Source: a virus
Taxonomy: Duplodnaviria > Caudoviricetes
Length of the DNA stretch: 27,946 nt
Strand: one strand, 5' to 3'
IMG/VR virus record: IMGVR_UViG_3300023184_000430
Coordinates: 1 to 27,946 of that record
Shown here: piece by piece, positions 14,154 through 24,214 of the stretch
How the letters are laid out: the number at the start of each line of letters is the position of its first letter
Position numbering within the stretch: position 1 is the first letter of the stretch
The notes under the pieces: generated by a model
Database searches by the model: none
Seen by the model: only the letters and a program-made list of their open reading frames with translations
What the model was told of the DNA's origin: nothing
Program-made: the position numbers and the translations under genes

Positions 14154-16677
14154 ATCCATAATTTGATTTATAGTTTGCTGCACCATAGCTATGATGTTGG
14201 CCCTGTTCACTGAAATTAGTTCTAGCTACATATCTTCCCATTGTGGAATTTAGAACATGATCTGTAGGAACTACATCATTTATTTGACTTGCTATATTAA
14301 TAGGTGAATATGGTGGATTATTCGCATTCTGCTGTATTCTCTCTTGTGTATTCTCGAAGTTTTGCATAGCTTCTTTTTGAGTCTTATCTTCTTCTTTTGA
14401 TTTTAACTGATCAGGTCTATTTTTAAATTCGGGCGTAACACCAAATTTATTCTTATCAGGCTCTGATGTTATCGTCTCATTTGAATTCATCGCAGTCACC
14501 ATTTGCGGCTCTTTGCCTGGTGTCATATCGACTAAAGCAGTATTTTCATTACCCGATTTTAAATCATCTTTTATTGGAAATGCTTTGATATTATATTGGT
14601 CTGATGTTGTTTGTTCATCGCCATATGCAGCAACGGCAGCTTCGCGCTGCGGTACCGCATGCGGTTCTAATGCCGATTGTTGTTGCTCTTTCTCTATCTT
14701 GCTTATATAATCATTCTCGTTCTTGCCTGGAAAAGCAGCATTAAATTTACTTTTTACTTTATTATATTCTTCAGGAGTAGCTTGAACTCGGCCTCTGACA
14801 TCTGGTGTAATTCCATATTCTTCTTTAAATTTAGCATGTATCTTCTTATCGAGTTCTTTATCATCAGAAGGCGCTAGAAATCCATATTTTTCTCTAGCTT
14901 CTTTTCTGAGTTGTTCCATATTAAGTTGATATGATTGTTGTTGTGACTGTTGTGGTCCTGGAACAAAAGGAATACGAGCTTTTGCTGCTGCACCTGCCAT
15001 AGTCTCAGGAGGTTGAACCTCCTGCGCAGGAGGTCCGCCTGGCGGATTAGCTAATCCGCGAGTTCGCGCGCGAGGAACATCAGCAGTTTCTGGTGCTGCT
15101 GGCTGTTGTGATCTTGGAGCTAAAGGAATAACAGTAGCAGCCTCTGCCATAGTTTTGGGAGGTGGTTGTTGTTGCCGACCATTTGTTTCATCCTGATTTT
15201 TTCCAGTCTCGACTTTCTCGCCGCGCTTGAAGTTGTATAGCATCGATAGATCAACGTATTTTCCCGCATATTGCCCTTGTTCTAAAGCTCCAGGACCTTT
15301 GGCGGCTACGATTTCTTGCATCTCCTCAAGTGTAAGATTAGCTCCCCTTCTACCTTCTATATGTAAATGATTTACTTTTGCTGCTACGCCGCTTCTGCCT
15401 ATCACGTCCCCCGCTCTTACGACTTGGCCAGCTTTAACAACAGGTCCGCCTTCATCATATTGATCTGATGTGTGCATATGTTTTTCTATGTGACCATCAG
15501 TATATCTAATTGTTATAATACCTCCAGATGTTCCTCCATAGCGTCTATTTATTTTAGTGTCTTGTATCTCCGATTTAATAATAACACCATCTTGTCTTGC
15601 GCGCAGAGGAGATCCGTACGGCATAGAAATATCTGTGCCGGCATGTGCGCGATGACCATTATCTCTAGGATCTCCAGGCATACTTCCAACTGTGCCTGAA
15701 AACCCAGGAACAAGAAGACCACTAGTATTTTTCGAATTTGCTAATGTTACTGTTGCTTTGTCTATATCAGCTTTTGTGGGATTCATGGGTAACTGCTCTA
15801 AATTTTTATTTTTTAAAGCAGCATTAAGTGTAGCTGTTCCTTCATCCATTCTTTTTCTAGAGTTTTCCACATTATGATATTTGCCAATAGAATCCCATCC
15901 AAGATATGAAGCCATCTGGGCATCAGCAGTTTTTGTATCAATATCTTTATTATCTAAGAATGCTTGCCCATTTTTAGTTTTTGGTAATTCTGTTTGCATA
16001 ACAAATCTGGCTTGTGCTTTTAGATATGTCTCATTGTCTACGATAATTTTACCATCTTTATCCATAATACCGGCGCTAGTCATATAGGACTTAAACTCTT
16101 TAACTCTAGCCGGATCACCCCAACTGAATATGCCATAATTTGTTCTTCCATATGCAGCATTTTTTGCGGGCTCACTGTGAGTGCCAAACATTAAATTTGG
16201 ATTAAAACTGTTTTCTCTCGACACTTGCCTAACCAAGGCTCGAGCCTGTGCATCTGAGGCTCCGGCTTCTAGAAATGAATTATATGAAGCTTTTGCCCAA
16301 TATTGACTATTTTTCGAAGTGGAACCAGTTGCTGCTTTCTCTACAGCTTCTAAAGCTGTCCTTCCACCCTCTCTCTGTCTTCCAAGATTACTAGGACCTG
16401 TTTTACTACCGGGTTCAGCAGGTTGAGCAAATTCTGTTCCCGGTGTTTTATCTTTGCCTTTACCATATCGGCGCGATGTAGCCTCGATAAAACCGGAAAC
16501 ATCAGGATTATTTTTTTTATAATAATCTGGAAATGCACCAGCTAAATCTATGGGGGATAGCGATGACAATAGTTGCTGACCAGCCGAAGATTTGGTTAGG
16601 CCAACTCTTTCTGAAATACTAGTATTATTCATGAGAGTCTTATAGTCTATTGTCAGACTTTTTGGATCAATTGCCAT
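14152..16677 (-). CDS. Large virion/baseplate-hub or tape-measure-like protein with tail-lysozyme-like and M23 peptidase domains
   Basis: ARALVRQVSRENSFNP..YGIFSW (lysozyme-like); HAGTD, HMH, VKAGQVVRAGDVIGRSG, HLHIE (M23); lies after gp26-gp51. Confidence 0.8.
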   Translation of the reverse strand: MAIDPKSLTIDYKTLMNNTSISERVGLTKSSAGQQLLSSLSPIDLAGAFPDYYKKNNPDVSGFIEATSRRYGKGKDKTPGTEFAQPAEPGSKTGPSNLGRQREGGRTALEAVEKAATGSTSKNSQYWAKASYNSFLEAGASDAQARALVRQVSRENSFNPNLMFGTHSEPAKNAAYGRTNYGIFSWGDPARVKEFKSYMTSAGIMDKDGKIIVDNETYLKAQARFVMQTELPKTKNGQAFLDNKDIDTKTADAQMASYLGWDSIGKYHNVENSRKRMDEGTATLNAALKNKNLEQLPMNPTKADIDKATVTLANSKNTSGLLVPGFSGTVGSMPGDPRDNGHRAHAGTDISMPYGSPLRARQDGVIIKSEIQDTKINRRYGGTSGGIITIRYTDGHIEKHMHTSDQYDEGGPVVKAGQVVRAGDVIGRSGVAAKVNHLHIEGRRGANLTLEEMQEIVAAKGPGALEQGQYAGKYVDLSMLYNFKRGEKVETGKNQDETNGRQQQPPPKTMAEAATVIPLAPRSQQPAAPETADVPRARTRGLANPPGGPPAQEVQPPETMAGAAAKARIPFVPGPQQSQQQSYQLNMEQLRKEAREKYGFLAPSDDKELDKKIHAKFKEEYGITPDVRGRVQATPEEYNKVKSKFNAAFPGKNENDYISKIEKEQQQSALEPHAVPQREAAVAAYGDEQTTSDQYNIKAFPIKDDLKSGNENTALVDMTPGKEPQMVTAMNSNETITSEPDKNKFGVTPEFKNRPDQLKSKEEDKTQKEAMQNFENTQERIQQNANNPPYSPINIASQINDVVPTDHVLNSTMGRYVARTNFSEQGQHHSYGAANYKSNYG

Positions 16678-16680
16678 TTA

Positions 16681-16887
16681 TTATCTTCTTCTTTGTTGAG
16701 ATTTTTGCATAGCTTTTTGTTCTCTTATTCTATCTTCTTCTTCTTTTATATGCTGTTTGATCAAATCAACATATATAAATCTTTCCCATGGCAACATATT
16801 TTCTAAATCATTAAGACTATACTTATGGTGGTGCATCAATGCAAAGTTGGTTCTAAAATAATTAATTAAAGTATCATATCCCATCAT
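16681..16887 (-). CDS. 51: Baseplate hub assembly protein (gp51-like)
   Basis: NYFRTNFALMHHHKYSLNDLENMLPWERFIY; follows gp26. Confidence 0.85.
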   Translation of the reverse strand: MMGYDTLINYFRTNFALMHHHKYSLNDLENMLPWERFIYVDLIKQHIKEEEDRIREQKAMQKSQQRRR

Positions 16888-17615
16888 CAGAAAAAAAAAC
16901 TGTAAAAATCATTATACTTGATGTTATGATCATATCCACATCTATTACACTTAGCTTCAGCATTAATCACGAATGTAGGAAAATTATCAACAAAGACTTC
17001 TAATTTCTTAAATTGTTCTTGAGTGAGACCTTCGATATAAGTTATCAGTTCTTCTTGTGTAAAGTCCTTATTCGTATATACACTGTCTTTGTCAAGAATC
17101 TGATCGATTGAATGCGCTATAATTTTGATTTTCTTTTCAAGATTTAGATCATTCTCATCGATAGCTTTCATCATAGAATAGCTAGGATATTTCATTTTGA
17201 TTTTGAGACTGCCCGAAAGGACTATATCATTAGAAATGCCCTCTTTCTTGACAATCGAGCAGTTTGCTATATCAATTTTTGTAGAAAACTTATTATCGCA
17301 TGTGATGCCATCATCAGTAGTATTATTACAATTAAAAGTCACTTCAATTGCTTCACCAATAGACTTAGCTCTAAGAGCGATAAAAATGTAATCAATATCA
17401 AAGAATGGTAGAGTATTAACATCCACATCACCTTCGATAACACAATTATTAATAATCTGTTTTGTTGTCTTGATTATCTCATTCTCATCTTTTGATGCTG
17501 CTGCGATAAAAAGCAACTTTTCTTCTTTGACCAGGAATGGGCGTATAGTTATTTCTTTTCCGCTTGAAGGAATTTTCAATTCATATGTAGGAACATCTAT
17601 TTTTGGTAATGACAT
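16887..17615 (-). CDS. 26: Baseplate hub subunit gp26
   Basis: MSLPKIDVPTYEL..RPFLVKEEK..DIDYIFIALRAKSIGE..SFFF; SD GAAAGG before ATG 17615. Confidence 0.92.
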   Translation of the reverse strand: MSLPKIDVPTYELKIPSSGKEITIRPFLVKEEKLLFIAAASKDENEIIKTTKQIINNCVIEGDVDVNTLPFFDIDYIFIALRAKSIGEAIEVTFNCNNTTDDGITCDNKFSTKIDIANCSIVKKEGISNDIVLSGSLKIKMKYPSYSMMKAIDENDLNLEKKIKIIAHSIDQILDKDSVYTNKDFTQEELITYIEGLTQEQFKKLEVFVDNFPTFVINAEAKCNRCGYDHNIKYNDFYSFFF

Positions 17616-17645
17616 TATTATCAACCTTTCATTATTTTAATATTA

Positions 17646-18287
17646 TTAACTCGGAAACTTTGATAATGAACTACTTCTAGTATCATTAACATCATCTTTA
17701 CCTTTTCTTCTCCACTTACTATAAGTAAATGCAACTGTTAGTCTCTGATAGCTATCATCCGCCCATGTTACTGGCTGTGGATTAACAAGAATTGGATATG
17801 CATCATATAATGTAAACGCATATGAAGTACCAGGCTCACCGCTTCCATCACTATCTTCAACTTCTGTCATCTGAAATAGAGTAATTGTTGCGCTATAATC
17901 ATCTCTATAATTAAAATCAAAAGTGCTTGTTGGATTTATTTTTTCCATCCAATCATCAAAAACTTCTCTTTCGAAAGATTCTGTTCTGCATATAAAAGTC
18001 ATATTAATGTCTTCATAAGAAGTTTGAAAGGGCATCTTGAAATCAGGACCGTAATATCCTTTGACATCAACATTATTAAATCCTCTACCTGGAAATTCAG
18101 TAGATTCACAAAGATATGTAAGATCGTCGAAAACACCATTTATATTAGATGTGGTATTTTTGGGTCTGATCATGACAGCATATCGGCAAGTTTTGCCTAA
18201 ACCGCCAAACTCATCTAATCTTTGCCAAAAAGATACCATGTCTAATGTTTGGGGTGGATTGTCAACAATCCAATCGGGGGAGGGCAT
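17646..18287 (-). CDS. Tail-tube-fold baseplate protein (gp54/gp19-like)
   Basis: CESTEFPGR..YGP..KMP..FDDW..LYDAYP..LTVAFTY; synteny. Confidence 0.8.
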   Translation of the reverse strand: MPSPDWIVDNPPQTLDMVSFWQRLDEFGGLGKTCRYAVMIRPKNTTSNINGVFDDLTYLCESTEFPGRGFNNVDVKGYYGPDFKMPFQTSYEDINMTFICRTESFEREVFDDWMEKINPTSTFDFNYRDDYSATITLFQMTEVEDSDGSGEPGTSYAFTLYDAYPILVNPQPVTWADDSYQRLTVAFTYSKWRRKGKDDVNDTRSSSLSKFPS

Positions 18288-18292
18288 TATGC

Positions 18293-18796
18293 TTATCCTT
18301 TTCTTACGAACATTTCTACAGGTAACTGAATAGCTTTATCCCATTCAGGCGCAATAATTTCAATAAATCTGCTCCTGACTTGAGTAAATAAATATCTTTT
18401 AATACATGGACGCATTTCGGATGCTAGGCTCTTTGTGCTTGCTAATAGACTATATGACATTTTAAGTCGTGTGTTTTCGTCATAAGTACTATTACTTCTG
18501 AATTCTTGAAGTTTACCCATCAGGGCTGATCTTTCTCCACCTGATAAGTAATGAATGTTCAAACCAAGAAATCCATTAGAGTATAGTTCGATAGGGAAAA
18601 CCAGTGGGAATCTATCATATACTGGCAATGTTCTTTTATGCTTCGGATCATAATAGAAAAAATACATTTTGCCGATGATAGCATGATCAGCACCTCGCTT
18701 ATCATTATTGACAATATTTTTACGATACCCAGCAGCACTGCGAGCTTTCCCAATAAACCAGTCTTGAAGTTCTTTAGCTTGATATTTTGTTGCCAT
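18293..18796 (-). CDS. 2: DNA end protector gp2
   Basis: GKMYFFYYDPKHKRTLPVYDRFPLV..GLNIHYL..CIKRYL. Confidence 0.92.
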   Translation of the reverse strand: MATKYQAKELQDWFIGKARSAAGYRKNIVNNDKRGADHAIIGKMYFFYYDPKHKRTLPVYDRFPLVFPIELYSNGFLGLNIHYLSGGERSALMGKLQEFRSNSTYDENTRLKMSYSLLASTKSLASEMRPCIKRYLFTQVRSRFIEIIAPEWDKAIQLPVEMFVRKG

Positions 18797-18801
18797 AAGA
18801 C

Positions 18802-18809
18802 TATTTATT
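18802..18809 (-). promoter_or_regulatory. Late-promoter variant AATAAATA, 5 nt before the gp2 ATG
   Basis: One mismatch to TATAAATA; spacing places +1 on the ATG. Confidence 0.55.
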
Positions 18810-19245
18810 TGATCCCCAGTTCATATTCTGTGATAATCTTGAAATCCCAGTCTCGGTCAGCACAATATTCTATAGCAGCCTTCCATTTAGATTGATTGAC
18901 TCCCCATGTCATGACTTCAGTTATATAGCGCCTTGTCTTTTTAGACTGGACAACAGGTTCTTTGGTCTGAGCATGAGGCTTCACTTCAATAATAGTAGTC
19001 CTGAATGTACCATCGGATCTTTTAACTCTGATTTTAAAGTCTGGAAAGTATCTATGAAAGCGAGAATCCACTGGAGAAATGTATGGAATAGCAATTTCTT
19101 CACTGCTCCATTCAAGTATGCTCGCATTCTCATCTAATGACTTCATGACCCGCAATTCCCACAAGGAACGGTAAATTATGTTTGTGGGATCACCTTGATA
19201 TTTCTTTGGATTCTTCGGGCGGAATTTACCTTTATAAGTTTTCAT
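18805..19245 (-). CDS. 4: Head completion nuclease gp4
   Basis: YKGKFRPKNPKKYQGDPTNIIYRSLWE..HRYFPDF..IEVKP..NQSKW; start MKTY at 19245. Confidence 0.93.
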   Translation of the reverse strand: MKTYKGKFRPKNPKKYQGDPTNIIYRSLWELRVMKSLDENASILEWSSEEIAIPYISPVDSRFHRYFPDFKIRVKRSDGTFRTTIIEVKPHAQTKEPVVQSKKTRRYITEVMTWGVNQSKWKAAIEYCADRDWDFKIITEYELGIK

Positions 19246-19258
19246 ATAAATATATATA
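19245..19258. promoter_or_regulatory. Overlapping divergent late promoters
   Basis: TATAAATA (+) 19245-19252 towards gp48; TATATATA (-) 19258-19251, 5 nt before the gp4 ATG. Confidence 0.6.
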
Positions 19259-19284
19259 ATACACTCTTTCATGAAGGTTATTAA

Positions 19285-20295
19285 ATGGCTGAAGATGATA
19301 ATAATAGTATTAAAGTTGCAAATCCAAAGACATATACTAATATAGTTGGTGCAGCTGTAGACAATTTAGCTAAATTTGATCCTCTTGCGAAGACTATAGT
19401 CGATAGTACTACACTTGGCCAATCTCAATATGATTTTTCATATCTTACTTTTCCAGGAGATTTAGGACAGAGTTATATGGATCATTATATGGTTATTAAT
19501 ATTAATGTGCCGACAGATTCAGCAGGTAAATCCAGAGGAGGTTTGTCTGGAAAATTAGCAACAGTAACACCCTTAGTAAATAATTATTCGAAAGTGGATA
19601 CGCTCAGATTTAGTAAAGCAGGAGCTATTACTGGTGCTAAGCAAGCAGAACTTGGAGCGCTTAAACGCGGAACAAGAAGAATAGCACAATCAATTGCTCT
19701 ATTTATGCCTAGTGGATTAACTTTTACGGGTGTTAATGAGTATGAAAATATATCACTAACAGCAATAGCCGGAGCAATAGGCACAGGAGTAGTAAATGCT
19801 GTAACATCATTATTACCGGCAGGTGCTCAATTTTTAGGCAAAATATATAATACTGCCGCGGCAGTTGCGGGTCAAGTAGCTAAGATATCTGGTAATCCTA
19901 TCAATCCTAGAGTAGAAATACTTTTTTCTACTACAACTCAGAGACAATTTACATTTGAAGTTCTTATGGCACCAAGAAACGAAGAAGAATCAATTACGAT
20001 TAAGAATATAATACAAACTCTGAGATATCATGCTGCTCCGGAAATCAGTCCGGAATTTGCCGGCCTTACATTTATTCCACCTGCTGAATTTGATATTACT
20101 TTTTATCATAAGGGTGTAGAAAACACTAATATTCCTAGAATAAGTACTTGTGTTTTAGAAAGAATAGATGTTGATGTTGCACCACAAGGAGCATATGCTA
20201 CATTCAGTAATGGATATCCTGTTGCTGTTCGAATGAACTTAGGATTCAGAGAAATAGAAATGGTTCATAAACTAAGAGTATTACAGGGATTCTAA
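19285..20295 (+). CDS. 48: Baseplate tail-tube cap gp48
   Basis: IALFMP, NPRVEILF..RQFTFE..APRNEEES, PAEFDI..L.FRE; synteny. Confidence 0.88.
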   Translation: MAEDDNNSIKVANPKTYTNIVGAAVDNLAKFDPLAKTIVDSTTLGQSQYDFSYLTFPGDLGQSYMDHYMVININVPTDSAGKSRGGLSGKLATVTPLVNNYSKVDTLRFSKAGAITGAKQAELGALKRGTRRIAQSIALFMPSGLTFTGVNEYENISLTAIAGAIGTGVVNAVTSLLPAGAQFLGKIYNTAAAVAGQVAKISGNPINPRVEILFSTTTQRQFTFEVLMAPRNEEESITIKNIIQTLRYHAAPEISPEFAGLTFIPPAEFDITFYHKGVENTNIPRISTCVLERIDVDVAPQGAYATFSNGYPVAVRMNLGFREIEMVHKLRVLQGF

Positions 20296-20297
20296 TA

Positions 20298-20990
20298 ATG
20301 TCAACATTTCTCGATACATTTCCTAAAATACAGTATGATATTGTAAAGGCTAAACAGTCAAATTATCAAATCATAACAAATATTCTATTTCGCATTGGTA
20401 TAATCAAAGATATATTAAGTAATATCTCAGCATATTATAATCTATCTATTATAGATGGTGAAACACCAGAAATAATAGCGAGTAAGATATATGGTAATCC
20501 TGAAGCATATTGGATGATATTATATGCAAATGATATTCATGATCCTCAGTATGATTGGCCAATGACTAGTACAGTATTTAAGAAATATCTTGAGAGTAAG
20601 TATGGCACCGTAAATGCTGCTCAGACAGGCATTCATCATCATGAAAAAGTAATAATAAAGACAGAATCTCTTTCCGGAATAAAAAGTGAATGGCGGTCTG
20701 TGATAAATTATGATAAATTAACTGAGAATGATATGGGTATACCATATGATTATTATTTATCACCAGCTTTTGCCAACTCAGTTGTTGATATTGTCAGTGT
20801 GAATGGGCAAACAGTTACACAAGTTACTACTGTAGAAGCAATATCATATTATGATTATGAAGATCGGGAAAATGAAAAGAAGCGCGATATAAAAATAATC
20901 AAAGTTGAATATTATAGGCAAATTCTAACAGAATTGGCTAAATTAACAGGCGACAGATTAAATCCATATTTAAGAAATCTGATAGGATAA
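20298..20990 (+). CDS. 53: Baseplate wedge subunit gp53
   Basis: FPKIQY, DGETPEIIASKIYG..YWMILYANDIHDPQYDWP, YEDRENEKKRDIK. Confidence 0.92.
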   Translation: MSTFLDTFPKIQYDIVKAKQSNYQIITNILFRIGIIKDILSNISAYYNLSIIDGETPEIIASKIYGNPEAYWMILYANDIHDPQYDWPMTSTVFKKYLESKYGTVNAAQTGIHHHEKVIIKTESLSGIKSEWRSVINYDKLTENDMGIPYDYYLSPAFANSVVDIVSVNGQTVTQVTTVEAISYYDYEDRENEKKRDIKIIKVEYYRQILTELAKLTGDRLNPYLRNLIG

Positions 20991-20993
20991 TGA

Positions 20994-22259
20994 ATGGTTG
21001 ATACGCCAAATACACCAGAAGTTACTTCTAATGATAGTGATTTACTGACTACTTTCGAATTGGGAGTCGAAGGCGCAGATCCTAATATATTTAGTGATTT
21101 TACTATCCGAGAAGTTCAATTAGCTGAAAGTCTTCTAACTCCAGGTCTACAAACATCTTTTAAAGTCCATAGTTATTTTCATAGTATACCAGTTAAAAAC
21201 TTTGATACTTTCAAAAATAAAAATCTAGTAATAAGCATTAATAGGCCTGGGCTAAGCAGCTATAGAGATTTTGTCGGTAAAACATCTCTTGACATATCAC
21301 AAACATTATATAGGTTGGGTGGTAGATCATCAACTAGTCCTCTTACAACAGATAATAGAAAGCTAATCAATAGAGGCGTCGAAGAGTTAACTTTTCATGC
21401 TTGTGATAAAACTTTATTGAATGACGCGGCTAGTCTTGTTAGTAAATCCTGGAAATGCACAACGCCAAGCTCTATCGTTCAAGAAGTATTAAGTACATGT
21501 GCTGGTGCAAGATCACTTGATATAGAGGAGTGTGATCCTGCTAGAGATTTCGTTGCTGAGAATAAACATCCATTCCAAGTAGTGTCTCAACAAGCAAATG
21601 CTGCACTAGCTGCTGGAAACGACCCATCATTTGTACATTATATGACATATGAAAATTATGGTACACATCATTTCAGATCATTATATTCATTATCTCAACA
21701 AGATCCTATTATAGAACTTGAATATAATATGACAGGATCGTCATATTCTTATCCATATTCTATCATGAATTATACATTTCCCTGCGACTTCGATATGTTA
21801 TCTGACATATTGAATGGTGTTGGTAGCTCCGGTGCTGATATCAATTCGGTTGCTATATTCAATCCTTTGATAGGACTTTTCAGTCTTATGGGAGATCAAA
21901 GTGTTGGCTGTGGTATAGGAGGCGGCGTATATAAAATCGCAATGTCAAATCAAGGTTCTGCTGGAGATCAATTTTCTTGCCCCGACTTCGTATCTACATA
22001 TTTACCAAAAAGACAAGCAAGAATGGCACTTTTAGAGAGGGATAAGATTGCTCTAAGATTGACTGTTCCATGGAATCCCATATACAATGCAGGTAAAGTG
22101 ATAAAAATCAATTTAAAAAACGATCAGGATAGCAGCATATTGAATTATGGATCAGGAAATTATCTTATTGTTTCTCTTATACATACTATCAGATCGGGCG
22201 GTTATTCGACAATAACTATGGACTGTGTATCTCAAACTGTTGGGCAAGGAGAAGTTTAG
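20994..22259 (+). CDS. Putative baseplate hub protein (gp27-like position), divergent
   Basis: Between gp53 and the gp5-like genes; ESLLTP start and AGKVI..SGNYLIVSLIH end resemble hub proteins. Confidence 0.65.
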   Translation: MVDTPNTPEVTSNDSDLLTTFELGVEGADPNIFSDFTIREVQLAESLLTPGLQTSFKVHSYFHSIPVKNFDTFKNKNLVISINRPGLSSYRDFVGKTSLDISQTLYRLGGRSSTSPLTTDNRKLINRGVEELTFHACDKTLLNDAASLVSKSWKCTTPSSIVQEVLSTCAGARSLDIEECDPARDFVAENKHPFQVVSQQANAALAAGNDPSFVHYMTYENYGTHHFRSLYSLSQQDPIIELEYNMTGSSYSYPYSIMNYTFPCDFDMLSDILNGVGSSGADINSVAIFNPLIGLFSLMGDQSVGCGIGGGVYKIAMSNQGSAGDQFSCPDFVSTYLPKRQARMALLERDKIALRLTVPWNPIYNAGKVIKINLKNDQDSSILNYGSGNYLIVSLIHTIRSGGYSTITMDCVSQTVGQGEV

Positions 22260-22260
22260 T

Positions 22261-24177
22261 ATGGCATTACCTAATGAATTTCTTCAGCATGATGTTGTAC
22301 CAATGATTGTTGTTGGGCGAGGAGGTCCTGAAGATCAATATCAGGACTCGTCTTTATCTGGCAGAATTCAAATGAAATCACCTGCTATTCATGGTGAAAA
22401 TGTACCGCTTGATCATCTAGCACTTAGTGGCGGTGGACTACCAATGACAGGTGCTGCTCAATGCACATTTCATGGCGTCCCGGATGCAGGGTCATTTGGT
22501 CTTGCCCATCATGAAACTGGCAGATCAGATATGTATGGAGGAAGTATACCATTTGGATTTGTCAATAATAGCGATGCGGGCACACCAGGTAATTTTGGAC
22601 TTCTCCAAGCATTTCTAAGTTTTGCTTCTATGTTTGACGGAAGAATGAGTCCTCCAAGTTATTATGAAACAAATGAGGGCGGTGCTATAATAAGAAAGAT
22701 CCGTGAAAAGGGCCCTTATAATTATGGTATGACAAGAGGTATTCCAACACACAGTGCGATGCCTCAAATTGCGGGTGTAAGACTGCCTGCATTGAAAGGC
22801 ATACCGACAGCACTTCAAGCAGCATCAGGAATGTTAAATGGTGATATATTGAGTAATCTACCAGGGGTCATTATGGGTATTGGTCAAATTGTTGCTTCTA
22901 TTATGGCTAATAAGCAAACAAGATCGCAAGTAACACAAAATTATTCTCCTCAGATGATCAATGCAATAACTAGTATTGGTAACCTATCACAATCAGGCGA
23001 TCATTTAAATGCTGGTGGATATGTGACGGGAATCAGAGTGGATCCGGATGTATTCACTCAAAACGCAGTAAATCTATTACAAGATTGTAATACAGTTGCT
23101 GATTTATTAAATTGTGTTGAAGAATTATCGTCTAATACATCATATCATGGAATGGGCGCATTAGATTTAGCATTAGATTTATCAGAGGGTGCTGGAGAAT
23201 TTCTTCCTGGTGAAACGGTATATCAAGACATTGTTACTGCTAATACGACAGTAATATCATCTAATTATGTTACACTCAGATTGGGCGTGGGCGAAGGCAA
23301 CTTTATGTTAGGAGAAACCGCATACGATGTATCCGCAAATACTGATCAACCAATAGGTTCTACAACATCATCTCCAATAGGCACTGTTGTAAATTGGCTT
23401 AGTGATCAAAACATTCTTGTATTATATTCTACTAATTCTACTACTGGAACTGTCCACTCCGGATCAGTTATTTCTGATTCTGCCGAATATAAAATAGATA
23501 GTTATACAGACACTAATTTAGCTCCTGCTAAACATGCATTGGGCATAGTTAGAAGTTGGAATTCAGTACAGAAGATTTTAGATGTTTCTTCGCCAAATGA
23601 AGAACTGTTCAATCCTAATTGGTCTGTATACAGCGAATCAGGTGCTTCATATAATATTAATAAATTTACATACTTCAACAATGATGCTTACACTTCATAT
23701 GAAACCACAAATTCATATGGCACAACACAATTTCAAATAGATTCACATGGAAACAGTAGGCAAAGCCCGTCTAATGATGCGTTTAATGCTATGCAAATTG
23801 TTGGTGCTGCTGTGAATATAGCTAGTGTCTTTCCGTCTATAGGTGGTGGCAATTTATTTGGTGGATCAGCAGGGCAAATGATGAGTATGATCAATGGATT
23901 ATCTTCAGGTTCTATGGGATCAGCATTATCTTTACTAAGTGCAATAGGACCAGGAGCTTCTGCGATAACAGCAATCACAAAGGCATTTAATCCATGTTTA
24001 CCGGGTTTAGCTGCTGCGGTGGGCGGTGCTGGAGCATTCGGATTAGGTTCACTGGGCGGCGCGCTAGGCGATGCCCTTAGTGCTGTCGGTGCTGTTGGAA
24101 GTATTGCTTCTGCCGTAGCTGGTGGTAATCCTGTAGCTGCTATAGCCGCCGGCGCGCGCGCCGCGGCGCGAATCTAG
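22261..24177 (+). CDS. Large baseplate protein with divergent gp5-like N-terminal OB region, internal duplicated module and Gly/Ala-rich C-terminus
   Basis: ATG 22261 after GGAG; IVVG..D..SGRIQMK..IHG resembles the gp5 N-terminus. Confidence 0.6.
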   Translation: MALPNEFLQHDVVPMIVVGRGGPEDQYQDSSLSGRIQMKSPAIHGENVPLDHLALSGGGLPMTGAAQCTFHGVPDAGSFGLAHHETGRSDMYGGSIPFGFVNNSDAGTPGNFGLLQAFLSFASMFDGRMSPPSYYETNEGGAIIRKIREKGPYNYGMTRGIPTHSAMPQIAGVRLPALKGIPTALQAASGMLNGDILSNLPGVIMGIGQIVASIMANKQTRSQVTQNYSPQMINAITSIGNLSQSGDHLNAGGYVTGIRVDPDVFTQNAVNLLQDCNTVADLLNCVEELSSNTSYHGMGALDLALDLSEGAGEFLPGETVYQDIVTANTTVISSNYVTLRLGVGEGNFMLGETAYDVSANTDQPIGSTTSSPIGTVVNWLSDQNILVLYSTNSTTGTVHSGSVISDSAEYKIDSYTDTNLAPAKHALGIVRSWNSVQKILDVSSPNEELFNPNWSVYSESGASYNINKFTYFNNDAYTSYETTNSYGTTQFQIDSHGNSRQSPSNDAFNAMQIVGAAVNIASVFPSIGGGNLFGGSAGQMMSMINGLSSGSMGSALSLLSAIGPGASAITAITKAFNPCLPGLAAAVGGAGAFGLGSLGGALGDALSAVGAVGSIASAVAGGNPVAAIAAGARAAARI

Positions 24178-24214
24178 CTAGAAGATTATGAAATATATAA
24201 AGGAATAAATTATC

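Noticed and set aside
14513-16087. Short plus-strand ORFs within the 841-aa gene
   Set aside because: Antisense shadows without recognisable motifs
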